In this document: positions 39,601-48,407 of the stretch, one piece after another
Layout: the number at the start of each line of letters is the position of its first letter
How positions within the stretch are numbered: position 1 is the stretch's first letter
Assembly (NCBI GenBank): GCA_003135555.1
Contig: PLCF01000056.1
Location: forward strand, 173 to 52,399
Reading direction: 5' to 3'
Source of the DNA: Vulcanimicrobiota bacterium
GTDB taxonomy: Bacteria; Vulcanimicrobiota; Vulcanimicrobiia; Vulcanimicrobiales; Vulcanimicrobiaceae
DNA: 52,227 nucleotides
Notes under the pieces: model-generated
The model's input: only the letters and a program-made list of their open reading frames with translations
What the model was told of the DNA's origin: nothing
The model's database searches: none
Program-made: the position numbers and the translations under genes

Positions 39601-40792
39601 CGCCTTGGCCGATCATGAGGCGCGGCACGGACGCGACGGTGCCGATCCCGCCGGGGTTGGTCAGCGTGAACGTCGCGCCGGTCTGCTCCTCGACCGTCAG
39701 CTTGTTGTCGCGGGCTTTGGCGACGAGCTCTTCGTACGCCGTGCGGAACGCGGCGAAGTCGAGATCGCCCGCGCCTTTGAGCACCGGCACGACGAGGAAT
39801 CGCGAGCCGTCCTTCTTCTGCGCATCGACGGCTAAGCCGAGATTGATCCCGGCTTCGATCTTCTGCGGCTTGCCGTCGGTGCGGCGGAACGACGCGGTGA
39901 TCTCCGGCTGTTCCTTCGCCGCACGCGCGAGCGCGAAGGCGATGATGTGCGTGAACGAGATCTTCTCGGTGCGGCCCGCCGCTTTGAGCGCGGCGTTGAG
40001 CTCGGCGCGGCGTTGCTCCATCGTGCCGACGTGCAGCGTGCGGAACGACGTCGCCACTGGGATCGAGAGCGACTGCTCCATGTACGTCGCGAGGTTCGCA
40101 ACCGAACCCTTGAGGTCGGTGACCTTTGCTTCCGCCGCGATCGGCGGGTAATTGACGGCGCCCTTCGACGGCGCATCGCCCTTCGACGGGCTCAGGGTGA
40201 CACCGGAGGCCTTCCCCGACGCAATTGCAGCTTCGACGTCTTCGCGCAGCACGAGCCCGTCGGGACCGGTGCCGGTGAGTTTCGCGGCGTCGATGTGCAG
40301 CCGGTCGACGAGCCGCCGCGCGTGGTGCGAGAGGGTGCCGCCGGGCTTGCCGTTGGTGGCCGGGCTCGGCGCGTCGGCCTTCGGGGCGGCGGGCGGCGGG
40401 GATTGTGGCTGACCCTTCGACGGGCTCAGGGTGACACTGGGATTCGACGGGCTCAGGGTGACAACAGGGGTGACATCGGGGCCGGGCTCGCCCGTGACGC
40501 CAGGGCCCGTCGCCGCTTTGGCGTCCGTCGTGCCTTCGGGCTTGGCTGCGGTGGTGTCGATTTCGACGAGGACGGTGCCGACGGGGACGGTTGCGCCTTC
40601 GTCGCCGTGCAGCGCCGCGACGACGCCGCTCGCGGTGGAGGGCACCTCGACGTCGACCTTGTCGGTCGTCACGTCGACGAGGGTCTCGCCTTCGTCGACC
40701 CAGTCGCCGACTTTCTTACGCCACTCGACGATCGAGCCTTCGCTGACCGACTCGCCCATCTCGGGCAGGGTGACGTTCACGAGCGTTTGCAA
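36677..40792 (-). CDS. sucA: Multifunctional 2-oxoglutarate dehydrogenase: lipoyl, E3-binding, E2 succinyltransferase and E1 (TPP) domains
   Basis: LPEMGESV..TDKVDVEVPS, GTGPDG.V.REDV, TYDHRVIQGA, GMAHRGRL, HGDAAF, LWEAQFGDF, GPEHSSARLER; TTG start after GGAG. Confidence 0.95.
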   Translation of the reverse strand: MQTLVNVTLPEMGESVSEGSIVEWRKKVGDWVDEGETLVDVTTDKVDVEVPSTASGVVAALHGDEGATVPVGTVLVEIDTTAAKPEGTTDAKAATGPGVTGEPGPDVTPVVTLSPSNPSVTLSPSKGQPQSPPPAAPKADAPSPATNGKPGGTLSHHARRLVDRLHIDAAKLTGTGPDGLVLREDVEAAIASGKASGVTLSPSKGDAPSKGAVNYPPIAAEAKVTDLKGSVANLATYMEQSLSIPVATSFRTLHVGTMEQRRAELNAALKAAGRTEKISFTHIIAFALARAAKEQPEITASFRRTDGKPQKIEAGINLGLAVDAQKKDGSRFLVVPVLKGAGDLDFAAFRTAYEELVAKARDNKLTVEEQTGATFTLTNPGGIGTVASVPRLMIGQGAIIAAGAIAYPPGFAHASRATLEQLGVEKVMTLTSTYDHRVIQGAQSGEYLRRVDELLGGADEFYETLFAQLGVSANIRGVATSANGAQPTLRAEHEAVTADISGLPSEEMLRAIAAGMQVVSAYRRHGHLGATLDPLGTEPPNDPSLDPKHYNLTPAMMQAIPASVLGVKVAGKTLADVLPRLRETYSSTIAYEIEHISNTQQREWLREYIETGRHRRALTPQRRVQLLLRLTKVETMERYFRKQFMSQKTFSIEGLDVMVPMLEETISLLAEDGTKTVVLGMAHRGRLSTIAHVVNRPYEELLAEFESAALREESPSADGGDADATGDVKYHHGAHGEYVTPLGTKVAVELASNPSHLEAVDGVVEGMTRCLQTDHSVNPATLNHEVAAPILIHGDAAFAAQGVVAEVLNLQGLAGYSTGGTIHIISNNQVGFTTDPSEARSTRYASDLAKGYDLPIVHVNADDVDASIAAVHLAIDYRRKFGRDVVVDLIGYRRFGHNEQDEPAYTQPRQVELIKQHPTVRELYAAQLVAHGVLTNEQSKEMQDTATLRMTEAHKKVKSGKFKSKLIKVAVYPNVSEAPPDTKVDKAALLRWSEDVVRAPQGFVPNRKLVAQFQKRAQALKETGEVDWGMAEALAFASLLSEGTPIRLSGQDTERGTFSHRHAVLHDARTNAKHVPLQHLKDAKASFEIYNSPLSEYACLGFEYGYGFEIPNALVLWEAQFGDFNNGAQIIIDQFIAAGAAKWGQTTRLTLLLPHGYEGAGPEHSSARLERFLQISAEGNIRVANCSIAAQYFHLLRTQAKAAQAYPLVVMTPKSLLRNRAAYGTIDELATGEFHEVIDDPRYAGGDKSGVERVLLTSGHIYFDLTTSPLYEQATKTAIVRIELLSPLPTEEILRTIATYPNARHAIWVQEEPKNMGARAHVRRRLVERLPNGLADVEYTGRPYRASPSEGYPGAHTVEQERVVREAFTET
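40161..40475. repeat. REP-like repeat CCCTTCGACGGGCTCAGGGTGACA in-frame in the sucA linkers
   Basis: Copies at 40179-40203, 40413-40437 and 40443-40463, partials at 40161-40171 and 40464-40475; encode VTLSPSK/N. Confidence 0.8.
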
Positions 40793-41034
40793 AGCTTCTC
40801 CGGGGGCGCCTTCCGACGGGGATTCGGGGTGGGTTCGGGTTGGCCGCAACGGCGGGCCTCCCGCACGACCGCCTTCCATGATACTGCTGGGCCACGCAGG
40901 GTGGCACCGACCTAAGCCGGGCGGTCGGCTACGGCCCCGACCCGGGCGGCCTCACCGGCCCCTTTCATGGTTTCGTCACGGCGTCGTCGTAGAACCACAG
41001 AACCGGAACCGGGCTTTGAGCCGTTAGGAAGATC

Positions 41035-41421
41035 ATGCGCAGACTCGTTCTCTTGCTCGGCATCGTACTGGCGCTCGCCGGCGGCGTCGCCCTGGTCAGC
41101 GGACACGGCACGCCGGCCGCCGCCCAAGGCGCACCCGCAACGCCCGCCGCTGCTCCGGCGCCCGAACCGTCGCCGATCTCGGTCATCCACATCAAGAACT
41201 TCGCGTTCGTCCCCGACACGGTGACGATCCACCCCGGGCAAACGGTGCGCTGGGTCCAAGACGACGAGACCGCGCACACGGTGACCGCCGCCGACAAGTC
41301 GTTCGATAGCGGCAACCTCGACCAAAAAGCGACCTACAAGCACACCTTCGCTGCGGCAGGCACGTTCGCATACACTTGCGCGTACCATTCGATGATGAAG
41401 GGCACGGTCATCGTCAAGTAA
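41035..41421 (+). CDS. Plastocyanin/amicyanin-like blue copper protein
   Basis: Signal peptide; HTVT..CAYHSMM type-1 Cu ligands. Confidence 0.9.
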   Translation: MRRLVLLLGIVLALAGGVALVSGHGTPAAAQGAPATPAAAPAPEPSPISVIHIKNFAFVPDTVTIHPGQTVRWVQDDETAHTVTAADKSFDSGNLDQKATYKHTFAAAGTFAYTCAYHSMMKGTVIVK

Positions 41422-41426
41422 CGCGG

Positions 41427-41846
41427 TCAGCCGTGTGCGTGTGAGCGAATCATCACCGTCGCGACGACGTTGAAGATGAGCGCGCCGGTGATGCCCAGAC
41501 CGAAACCGAAGGCGGTCGTCGTCGCAACGACGAGCAGGATGCGGCCCACGGTCGGGTTTTCGATCCGCGCCACGCCGAAGCGCCACGCGATCGCCCAGCC
41601 CACCGTCGCCTCGACCAAGCCGGTGGTCGCGCCGATCGCTTCGACCAGCCGTACATCGAGCACGGCCAACATCGCAAAGAATCCGATGATGACGTAGAGC
41701 CCGAACTGCAGCGGCCACAGCGTCGCGTGGCGGAACGACGGATGCGCGCGCGCGTACGCGGCGCCAGCGATATCGTACACGAGGATGAGCACGACGGCGC
41801 CCACCAGCGTGAGCGGGAAAGCGACCGAGAGCGGCCAAGGCGTCAC
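41427..41846 (-). CDS. Hypothetical 4-TM membrane protein
   Basis: Four hydrophobic segments. Confidence 0.6.
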   Translation of the reverse strand: MTPWPLSVAFPLTLVGAVVLILVYDIAGAAYARAHPSFRHATLWPLQFGLYVIIGFFAMLAVLDVRLVEAIGATTGLVEATVGWAIAWRFGVARIENPTVGRILLVVATTTAFGFGLGITGALIFNVVATVMIRSHAHG

Positions 41847-41854
41847 GCTGTAGG

Positions 41855-42259
41855 ATGGTTTTCAGCAGCGAGGTCTTCCTGTTTGCGTTCCTGCCGGCGG
41901 TCCTCGCGCTGTACTCTCTCGCGCCCGGGGACCGGCCGCGCAACATGGTCCTCGCGCACCGCTCGCGCGACGTCGACGAACCGCTCGACGCCGCCGGCCC
42001 CGAGCTGGCGGGCTTCGCGCGTCACGTGACGGTGATCGACCGTTCGACCTTCCCCAAAGCCGTGATCTTCGGAGACTCGTTCAGCGAGCAGATCCGGCCG
42101 TTCTTCGGCGAGAGCCTCCGCCGCGTCGTCAACCTGCACCACATCAGGCCGATCGACCCGCAGTTCGACACGCGCTTCCTCGAACGCGAGAAGCCGGACG
42201 TCGTCATCCAGCAGCTCGTCGAGCGCGGCCTCGTGTCGGGCGCAGAGTTCAAGCCCTAG
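41855..42259 (+). pseudogene. Chimeric remnant: AlgI/MBOAT N-terminus fused to AlgJ/AlgX-like C-terminus
   Basis: MVFSSEVFLFAFLP..LALY..RN.VL joined in frame to IFGDSF..PFF..EKPDVVIQQLVER. Confidence 0.7.
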
Positions 42260-42760
42260 TTAGGCCCCGCCGCAATCGTGTTCGCTATTGGTCCCGTTGT
42301 ATTGCGCCCGCTGGCGGTAGTCCCAAACCCGGTACAGCCGCCCGCGCGAATCCGTGTCAGGATTACAGAACTGCGTCGGGGCCGGCGCCGAGAGAAAACA
42401 GACCTGCACGCGGTCGCCGCGATGTTCCGCCATCATCGTGGCGTTCCCGGCGCTGTCCTGATAGTGAACCACGCCGGCGAGCCCGGGCGGTCCCACCGGA
42501 TCGGCGCCCAGCCGGGTGTTGAACGTTACCGCGACCCCACTCTGCAGGAAGTCGCTCCGCGAGTACGTCGTCTGGCCGGCGCTCCCCAGTCGCGGCGTCA
42601 CGGATTTGACGGTGGTATCGACGCACGCAATCGAGCGATAGTGCCACGGCCCAGACTTGTACTGAGGCGCGTTTTGCGCGCCGGCCGGAACGGCGGTTCC
42701 GACGATGCACGCGACGAGCGTATAGGCAGCAGTTTTCAGCACGGCGATCTCCTTTGGCAC
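42260..42760 (-). CDS. Hypothetical secreted Cys-containing protein
   Basis: Signal peptide; GDRVQVC..P..C..D.RGR.Y..D..NSEH.CGGA. Confidence 0.65.
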   Translation of the reverse strand: MPKEIAVLKTAAYTLVACIVGTAVPAGAQNAPQYKSGPWHYRSIACVDTTVKSVTPRLGSAGQTTYSRSDFLQSGVAVTFNTRLGADPVGPPGLAGVVHYQDSAGNATMMAEHRGDRVQVCFLSAPAPTQFCNPDTDSRGRLYRVWDYRQRAQYNGTNSEHDCGGA

Positions 42761-42964
42761 TCAGTCGTTGTCCGGCTCGACCATCACGTAGACGCGGACG
42801 AGCTCGGAACCGTGGTATTCGAAGCTCCGGTGGCGACAGACATATGGCATCTCGTTGAACTCGACGACGTCGCCCGCGGCCGGCAGCGGGATCGCGGGAT
42901 CGTACGCGGTCGGCACGCCGAGCGTGTCGTGCGCCCGAAAGTTTCGCAGCTCGACCGTGATCAT
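42761..42964 (-). CDS. Small hypothetical protein
   Basis: ATGA coupling with the upstream gene; PLP.AGD.V.F..Y.C..R.F.Y. Confidence 0.55.
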   Translation of the reverse strand: MITVELRNFRAHDTLGVPTAYDPAIPLPAAGDVVEFNEMPYVCRHRSFEYHGSELVRVYVMVEPDND

Positions 42965-43434
42965 GTCGCGCTCGGCGAACCCGCGGTCGCGGTCCGGTTT
43001 CGTTCGTCGCGCCGGAACAACGGGTAGAAGATGGGCATCACGGCGCTATTGTACAAGAACTTCAACACCGATGCCTTGAGGCCCGGGCCGAGCCGCCCTT
43101 CGTCCGCTTCGAGCAGCACGAAGTTGAAATTCTTGCGCCGGAACGCCGAGTTGAACGTCTCGATCTCGGCCGGACTGTGTCCGCTGCGCTCGACGAGCGT
43201 CCTCGCGACGTCGGCATCGGACGGCAGCTCCCGGACGAGCGCCGAAATCGTCGCATCGTCGGTCCGCAAAAACGCGATGAGCTGCTTGTCGATGAAATCA
43301 TTGTTGCCGTAGCAGTAGCCGTCGACCAGCCGCCCGTTCGGCGAAGCTTCGCAGTGCCGCGCCTTTTCCAACAAGCGCGGCAACCACACCAACCCGGCGA
43401 CCGAATCGCGCCCAGAACACGGCATCCAGCTCAT
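42961..43434 (-). CDS. DUF5069-like protein
   Basis: P.SGR..VAGLVWLPRLLEKAR..Y.YG..D..L..FL. Confidence 0.65.
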   Translation of the reverse strand: MSWMPCSGRDSVAGLVWLPRLLEKARHCEASPNGRLVDGYCYGNNDFIDKQLIAFLRTDDATISALVRELPSDADVARTLVERSGHSPAEIETFNSAFRRKNFNFVLLEADEGRLGPGLKASVLKFLYNSAVMPIFYPLFRRDERNRTATAGSPSAT

Positions 43435-43450
43435 AGCGTACCTTACATTC

Positions 43451-43483
43451 GAGCCCGGCCATCACTTGCGATGAACCGGGCTC
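43451..43483 (-). terminator. Hairpin downstream of tRNA-Leu
   Basis: Minus strand GAGCCCGGTTCATC-GCAAGT-GATGGCCGGGCTC; no long U tail. Confidence 0.5.
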
Positions 43484-43498
43484 TTTCGGCTTTCGACT

Positions 43499-43585
43499 TG
43501 GTGCCCAGGAAGGGACTCGAACCCCCACGACCTTGCAGTCACTAATACCTGAAACTAGCGCGTCTACCAATTCCGCCACCTGGGC
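43499..43585 (-). tRNA. tRNA-Leu(CAG)
   Basis: GCCCAGGTGGCGGAATTGGTAGACGCGCTAGTTTCAGGTATTAGT..GGTTCGAGTCCCTTCCTGGGCACCA; long variable arm, encoded CCA. Confidence 0.97.
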
Positions 43586-43601
43586 GCGGAACGACCGAGG
43601 T

Positions 43602-44819
43602 TCAGCCCGTGCGGGTGACGGACCTGCCCGGCGCTGCGAGGTGCGTGCGCAGCCAGAGCACGGGGATAACGCCGACCAATGCCAGCGCGGACGTTGCCAA
43701 CCAGGCAACGCGCAGCGACGTGTGGTCGGCGAGTGCGCCGAACGCGGTCGGTGCGGCCGACGACGCGAAGAAGATCGCGGTGAGCGCGATTCCCAGCGCG
43801 CTGGCGGCGCGCTCCGGGCCGCCGACCTCGGCGAGCGCCGCCGCCATGAGCCCGTTCCAGCCCGCGCCGCTGAAGCCGAGCACGATCGCAGCGAAGAACA
43901 GCGCGGGCACCGCGCCGTGTCCGAGCATCGCGAGCGCCGCGGTCGCTCCGGCGGCCAGCACGCAGATGATCGCAAACGGGATGAGCCGCTCCCCGTGCAG
44001 CACGCGATCGCTCAGGTAGCCCCAGCCCAACCGTCCGCAGACCGCCGCGCCTTGCGCGCAAGCGAACGCCAAGGCCGCCACCGCCGGTGACACTCCGACG
44101 GTGACCACGCCGGTGACGGTCAGAAACGCGTTGAGCGACAGCTGCACGCCGACCAGGATCATGCAGGTCAGCGTGACGCCGATCAAGCGTGGATCGCGTG
44201 CCAGCGTGCGCATCCCGCGCGCGACCGAAGCGATCGTCGAGGCCGGTACGGACTCGTCGCGCACCTCGCGATACGGCAGGTAGGCGATCAGCGTCGTCGC
44301 CGCGACGATCGCCGCCGCGAACACGAACGCGGCGCGGTAGCCGTACGCGTGCGCGACCAGCGGTAGCGTCAGCGCGCCGAACAACCCGCCGACGGGGACG
44401 CCGGTCTGCCGGATCCCCATCGCGAAGCCGCGGTCGCGATCGAACCAGGCCAGCACGGCGCGGCCGCCGGCCGGCGTCGAGGCGGCGTAGCTCGCCCCGA
44501 ACACCGCGATGCAGGCGACGATCCACGGGTAGGTCGGAAACACCGTCGCAGCGAGCAGCGCGACGGTCATCGCCATCCCCGAGAGCAGCACCATGCGCCG
44601 CTCGCCCCAGCGGTCGGTCAGCAAGCCCGCCGCGGCGACGAAGCACGCCGAGCCCAGCATCAGCGCCGTGAAGACGATGCCGAGCTGCGCTTTGGAGAGC
44701 ACGAACGTCGCGACGAGGATCGGCGACAGCGACCCCAGCGCCTGCTGGACGACCGAAGCGCCGGCCTGCGCGGTCGTCATCAGCGTGAGGACGCGCCAGC
44801 GTTCGGTCATCGCGTCCAC
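43602..44819 (-). CDS. MFS transporter
   Basis: G.LTDRWGERR motif A, WF..DRG.AMGIRQTG, WG.LSDR; about 12 TM helices. Confidence 0.92.
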   Translation of the reverse strand: MDAMTERWRVLTLMTTAQAGASVVQQALGSLSPILVATFVLSKAQLGIVFTALMLGSACFVAAAGLLTDRWGERRMVLLSGMAMTVALLAATVFPTYPWIVACIAVFGASYAASTPAGGRAVLAWFDRDRGFAMGIRQTGVPVGGLFGALTLPLVAHAYGYRAAFVFAAAIVAATTLIAYLPYREVRDESVPASTIASVARGMRTLARDPRLIGVTLTCMILVGVQLSLNAFLTVTGVVTVGVSPAVAALAFACAQGAAVCGRLGWGYLSDRVLHGERLIPFAIICVLAAGATAALAMLGHGAVPALFFAAIVLGFSGAGWNGLMAAALAEVGGPERAASALGIALTAIFFASSAAPTAFGALADHTSLRVAWLATSALALVGVIPVLWLRTHLAAPGRSVTRTG

Positions 44820-44863
44820 TCCTACGGGAAGGCGCGCGGCGGTTCCCGCGGTACTACGCCGTC

Positions 44864-46303
44864 ATGCGCACGCCGCCGTCGCGCCACATGCTTCCGGCGC
44901 TGCTCTGGATCGGCGCCGTGCTGTTGCTCGTCGCCGTCGTAGCGGCAGTGCCGTACGCGCGCCGGCACGTCTACACTCCGACCTCGCTGGGCGGCTTCGC
45001 CGCGTTCGCGTGCGGGGGCCGGGTACTGCGCGAGGGTGCCGACCCGTATCGCACCGAGCCGCTACGCGCCTGCGAGCAGGCGCTGCCGTCGTATCACTAC
45101 GGCGCGGCGGGCGTGGTCGAACCCGCGCCGTTCCCACCGGTCGTGCTGCTGGCGTTCGCGCCGTTGAGCCGCTTGCCGTTCGGCGCGGCGTTCGTGCTGT
45201 ACGCCGCGCTCGCACTCGTCGCGATCGGGGTCGCGACCTGGGCGCTGACGCGCCTGACCGGGTTCTCCGTGACGTTCATCGGCGCGTCGCTCGTCGTCGC
45301 CGCGCTGTACCAGAACCTCAAGTTCGGCCAGCTTCCGCCGCTGGTCATCGGGATTCTGTGCGGCGCGGCGCTGCTGCTCGAGCGCGGACGCGCCGGATGG
45401 GCGGTCGCGGTCGCAGCGCTCGCGCTCGTCGAGCCGCACGTCGCGGCGCCGGTGCTCGTCGCGCTCCTGGTCGCCTCCAAGCCGGCGCGCCTGCCGGTCG
45501 TCGTCGCCGGCGTCGTGCTCGCCGGATTGTCGCTGGTGTTCGTCGCGCCCGCGACGACGCTCGAATATTTCCTGAACGCGCTACCGGCGCACGCCGCGTC
45601 GGAGGTCGGCGCGGCCGATCAGTACAGCGTCACCTGGCTCGCCCATCAGGCCCACGTCTCGGACGCCGTCGCGCTGCGGCTGGGCGGCCTGTCGTACCTC
45701 GTCGCGGCGACGCTGGGCATCATCCTCGCCATGCGGCTGGCGCAGCGTTTCGGCCGGCCGGCATTCTTGGTGCTGGTGCCGGCCGCATTCGCGATGATCG
45801 GCGGGACGTTCATCCACGACATCCAGCTCCCCATCGCGCTCCCGGCGGCGCTGTTGCTGCTCGCGGTCGCGCAGGGCCGTGCGCGCGTCGCGGCACTCGT
45901 CGCGGTGATGGGGCTCGCCGTCTCGTGGTTCGACGACTCCACCGCGTTGCTCGGCCTCGCGGCGCTCGCGGTGCTGGCTTGGACCTCGCCGCTCGCGGCC
46001 GCGGCACCGCGACGGCGTGTCGCCGTCACGCTCGCAGTATGCGCGGGGTACGCACTGGTCATCGTCGCGTTTCACCGGCTGCCCGCTGCCGTGGCGATGG
46101 CCTTACCGGCGCATCCCGATGTCGGCGGTCCGCCCGGCGAGCTCGCGTCGGAGGTGTGGGGGCGCTTCGTGCGCGCGACGCCGTACGGCTACGCGTCGCT
46201 GCGCACCGTCGCCGAGAAGGTGCCACTCTTCGGCGCCCTGCTCGTGCTCGCGTGCGCGACGTTCACGACCGCCGGCCGCACGGTGCGTCGCGATCCGGGT
46301 TGA
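44864..46303 (+). CDS. GT87-like (GT-C) membrane glycosyltransferase
   Basis: G.DPY..PFPP..L.FAPLS.LP..GQ..L.EPH; multi-TM. Confidence 0.7.
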   Translation: MRTPPSRHMLPALLWIGAVLLLVAVVAAVPYARRHVYTPTSLGGFAAFACGGRVLREGADPYRTEPLRACEQALPSYHYGAAGVVEPAPFPPVVLLAFAPLSRLPFGAAFVLYAALALVAIGVATWALTRLTGFSVTFIGASLVVAALYQNLKFGQLPPLVIGILCGAALLLERGRAGWAVAVAALALVEPHVAAPVLVALLVASKPARLPVVVAGVVLAGLSLVFVAPATTLEYFLNALPAHAASEVGAADQYSVTWLAHQAHVSDAVALRLGGLSYLVAATLGIILAMRLAQRFGRPAFLVLVPAAFAMIGGTFIHDIQLPIALPAALLLLAVAQGRARVAALVAVMGLAVSWFDDSTALLGLAALAVLAWTSPLAAAAPRRRVAVTLAVCAGYALVIVAFHRLPAAVAMALPAHPDVGGPPGELASEVWGRFVRATPYGYASLRTVAEKVPLFGALLVLACATFTTAGRTVRRDPG

Positions 46304-46317
46304 TCGGGGTCGCGTCG

Positions 46318-47448
46318 CTAGCGGATGAGGCGCGCGAGCGCGAGCACGCAGCCCGCTGCGAACACCGGAAGGAGCGGCAACACGATGGTACGCTTGGACG
46401 ACGCGGGATCGGGATCGGCGACGCAACCGGCGAGCCCGCCGAGCAGCGCGCCGATCAGTAACGGCACCGCGTTGCGATGCGGCCGCGTCAGACCCGGCAG
46501 CGCGATGAGCGGCACCACCGCGAAGGCCGCGTACTTGAGCGACGCCGCGACGGTGAGCGTCACGCGCCCCGCGTACCAGCGCCCGACCGAATGCGCCGGG
46601 TCGTCGTTCAATCCGACCTTCGCAGCGAAGCGCGCCAATCGCGACGAGTCGCCGCCCAAGTCCCCGAGCCTGCGCATGCGCTCGAGATGCTCGCCCATCG
46701 AGGGCGCCCCGGCGCGCGCGACCACCGTCGCGACGGCGATCGCGCAGCCCAGCGCCAGCACCGCGATGCCGGCTCCCGCCCGCACGCGCGCGCCGTCGCC
46801 GCGCACGATCCCGCTCAGCCCGAGCGCGAGGCCCGCGGCTAGCGGCAGGTACGGCAACGGCCGCGTGAAGGACAGCGCGCCCACCGTTGCGGCGTAGCGC
46901 ACCCATCCGGTCCCCTCGTCGGCGATCTCGACCATCGCGTCGAGCGATGCGATCCACAACACCATCGCGGTGCTGTCGCCGAGCGCGTGCAGCGCGACGT
47001 CGCGCACCGCCGATTGGCGCACGTACCATAGGGTGAGGGCGAGGGCGCCGGGACGGCCGGTGAAGCGGCGCAGGAAGCGGTACAGCGCGACGGCGCCGGC
47101 GACGTACGAGACGGCCGGGACGTCGGTGAGCGCGGCGAAGCCGCGGCGCGGGAAGAGCGCGGCGGCGAGCGCCGGGTACACCACGCGCGGCGCGAACAGG
47201 GTCCACCACGCCGGCTCGCCCCCGAACGCGTCCTTCGCGTGCTTCTCTTTGCCCGGCCACGGCGGCGCGAAGAATGCGCTCGCGCGCTCGGCCGCCTCCG
47301 CACGCGCAAGCCCGCGGCGCATCAGCATGCGGATCGCGTAGTCGTACGAGTCGGGCGACCAGCGCTGCGCGCCGGCGCGCACGTCGGCGTGCAGCGTCGC
47401 GGCCGCCGCCAGCGCGACGGACGCCGCCGCGCCGAGCTCCTCGATCAT
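46318..47448 (-). CDS. Hypothetical membrane protein, possibly GT-C-like
   Basis: PDS.DY, R.VYP.L, multi-TM; ATGA-coupled to the deacetylase gene. Confidence 0.6.
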   Translation of the reverse strand: MIEELGAAASVALAAAATLHADVRAGAQRWSPDSYDYAIRMLMRRGLARAEAAERASAFFAPPWPGKEKHAKDAFGGEPAWWTLFAPRVVYPALAAALFPRRGFAALTDVPAVSYVAGAVALYRFLRRFTGRPGALALTLWYVRQSAVRDVALHALGDSTAMVLWIASLDAMVEIADEGTGWVRYAATVGALSFTRPLPYLPLAAGLALGLSGIVRGDGARVRAGAGIAVLALGCAIAVATVVARAGAPSMGEHLERMRRLGDLGGDSSRLARFAAKVGLNDDPAHSVGRWYAGRVTLTVAASLKYAAFAVVPLIALPGLTRPHRNAVPLLIGALLGGLAGCVADPDPASSKRTIVLPLLPVFAAGCVLALARLIR

Positions 47449-48407
47449 GCCGTGAGCGGTGCGCGGTCGGCGAGCGTGCTGCGCGCTCGCTCGGCGTGCT
47501 CGCCGACGGTCACGAAATCGTAGCGCGACCCGTAGCGCGCCAGCACGCGCTCCAGCCAGGCCAGCTTCTGGTTCACCGACAGCCGCATCCCGGGGAAGAA
47601 CGCGAGCGCGGGCGCTTCGGCGCCGCCGAGAAAATCGAGTGGATGCAGCAGCAACGACGGCGCCGTCTTGGTGAGCGCGCACAGCGCGAGCGCGCACTCG
47701 ACGTACGGCATCACCAGCGCCGGCAGGCGCTCGGCCAGGAACAGCAGGTAGCTGAAGTGGATCGGCAGACGCACCAGCGGCAGCGTCGTCACCGGAATCT
47801 CGACCAGCGATCCGGTCGCGCCGCTCCAGCGATAGGGGTGCAGCGGGCGAAAGCCGTCGCGCACGCTGCCGAAGAGCGCGCGGCGCTGTTCGAGCTGCTT
47901 ACCGCGCAGCCCGCTGGTGGCGAAGTAGTACGCGCGCGCTAGCGGACCGATGAACGTCGGGAGGGTCGAGGCGTCGTAACGGTAGCCGCGGCGAATCAGC
48001 GTGTCGACCACCGCGGGCGTCACGCTGTAGCCGGGCCCGCGAAAACCGACCGGGCGCATCCCGGTGGCAGCTTCGATCGCGCTCTCGGCGCGGCCGATCT
48101 CGGCGTCGAGCGCGGCCTCATCGTAGAGATGCAGCCACGGCTCGTGGTGGAACGAATGGTTGCCGATCTCGTGCCCGCGCGCAGCGATCGAGCGCAGCAG
48201 GGCCTGGTTCTGTTCGAACTCGGCATCTTGACCGACGATGAACCAGGTGATGCGCAGCCCGCGGCGGTCGAGCAGGTCGAGCGCGCGCGGCACGACCGTC
48301 GCGAGGTACGACGGATAGGTCGACCACGACGCGTCGCCGCGCGTCTTGCGGTAGGTCCACTCGTCGTCGAGGTCGAGCGAGAGGCTCGCGTAGGGCCGAG
48401 CGCTCAC
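47445..48407 (-). CDS. Polysaccharide deacetylase (NodB-like)
   Basis: SLDLD, ITWFIVG, GHEIGNHSFHH, GFRGPG, YRYDAS, LLHPLDF. Confidence 0.9.
   Translation of the reverse strand: MSARPYASLSLDLDDEWTYRKTRGDASWSTYPSYLATVVPRALDLLDRRGLRITWFIVGQDAEFEQNQALLRSIAARGHEIGNHSFHHEPWLHLYDEAALDAEIGRAESAIEAATGMRPVGFRGPGYSVTPAVVDTLIRRGYRYDASTLPTFIGPLARAYYFATSGLRGKQLEQRRALFGSVRDGFRPLHPYRWSGATGSLVEIPVTTLPLVRLPIHFSYLLFLAERLPALVMPYVECALALCALTKTAPSLLLHPLDFLGGAEAPALAFFPGMRLSVNQKLAWLERVLARYGSRYDFVTVGEHAERARSTLADRAPLTA

Noticed and set aside
40793..40879. N-terminal extension of sucA from ATG 40879
   Set aside because: Low-complexity sequence; a TTG with GGAG RBS at 40792 directly precedes the lipoyl domain
43499..43585. 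tRNA-Leu as the integration site of the islands
   Set aside because: No duplicate of the tRNA 3' end and no integrase were seen in the window, and sucA lies between the tRNA and the islands
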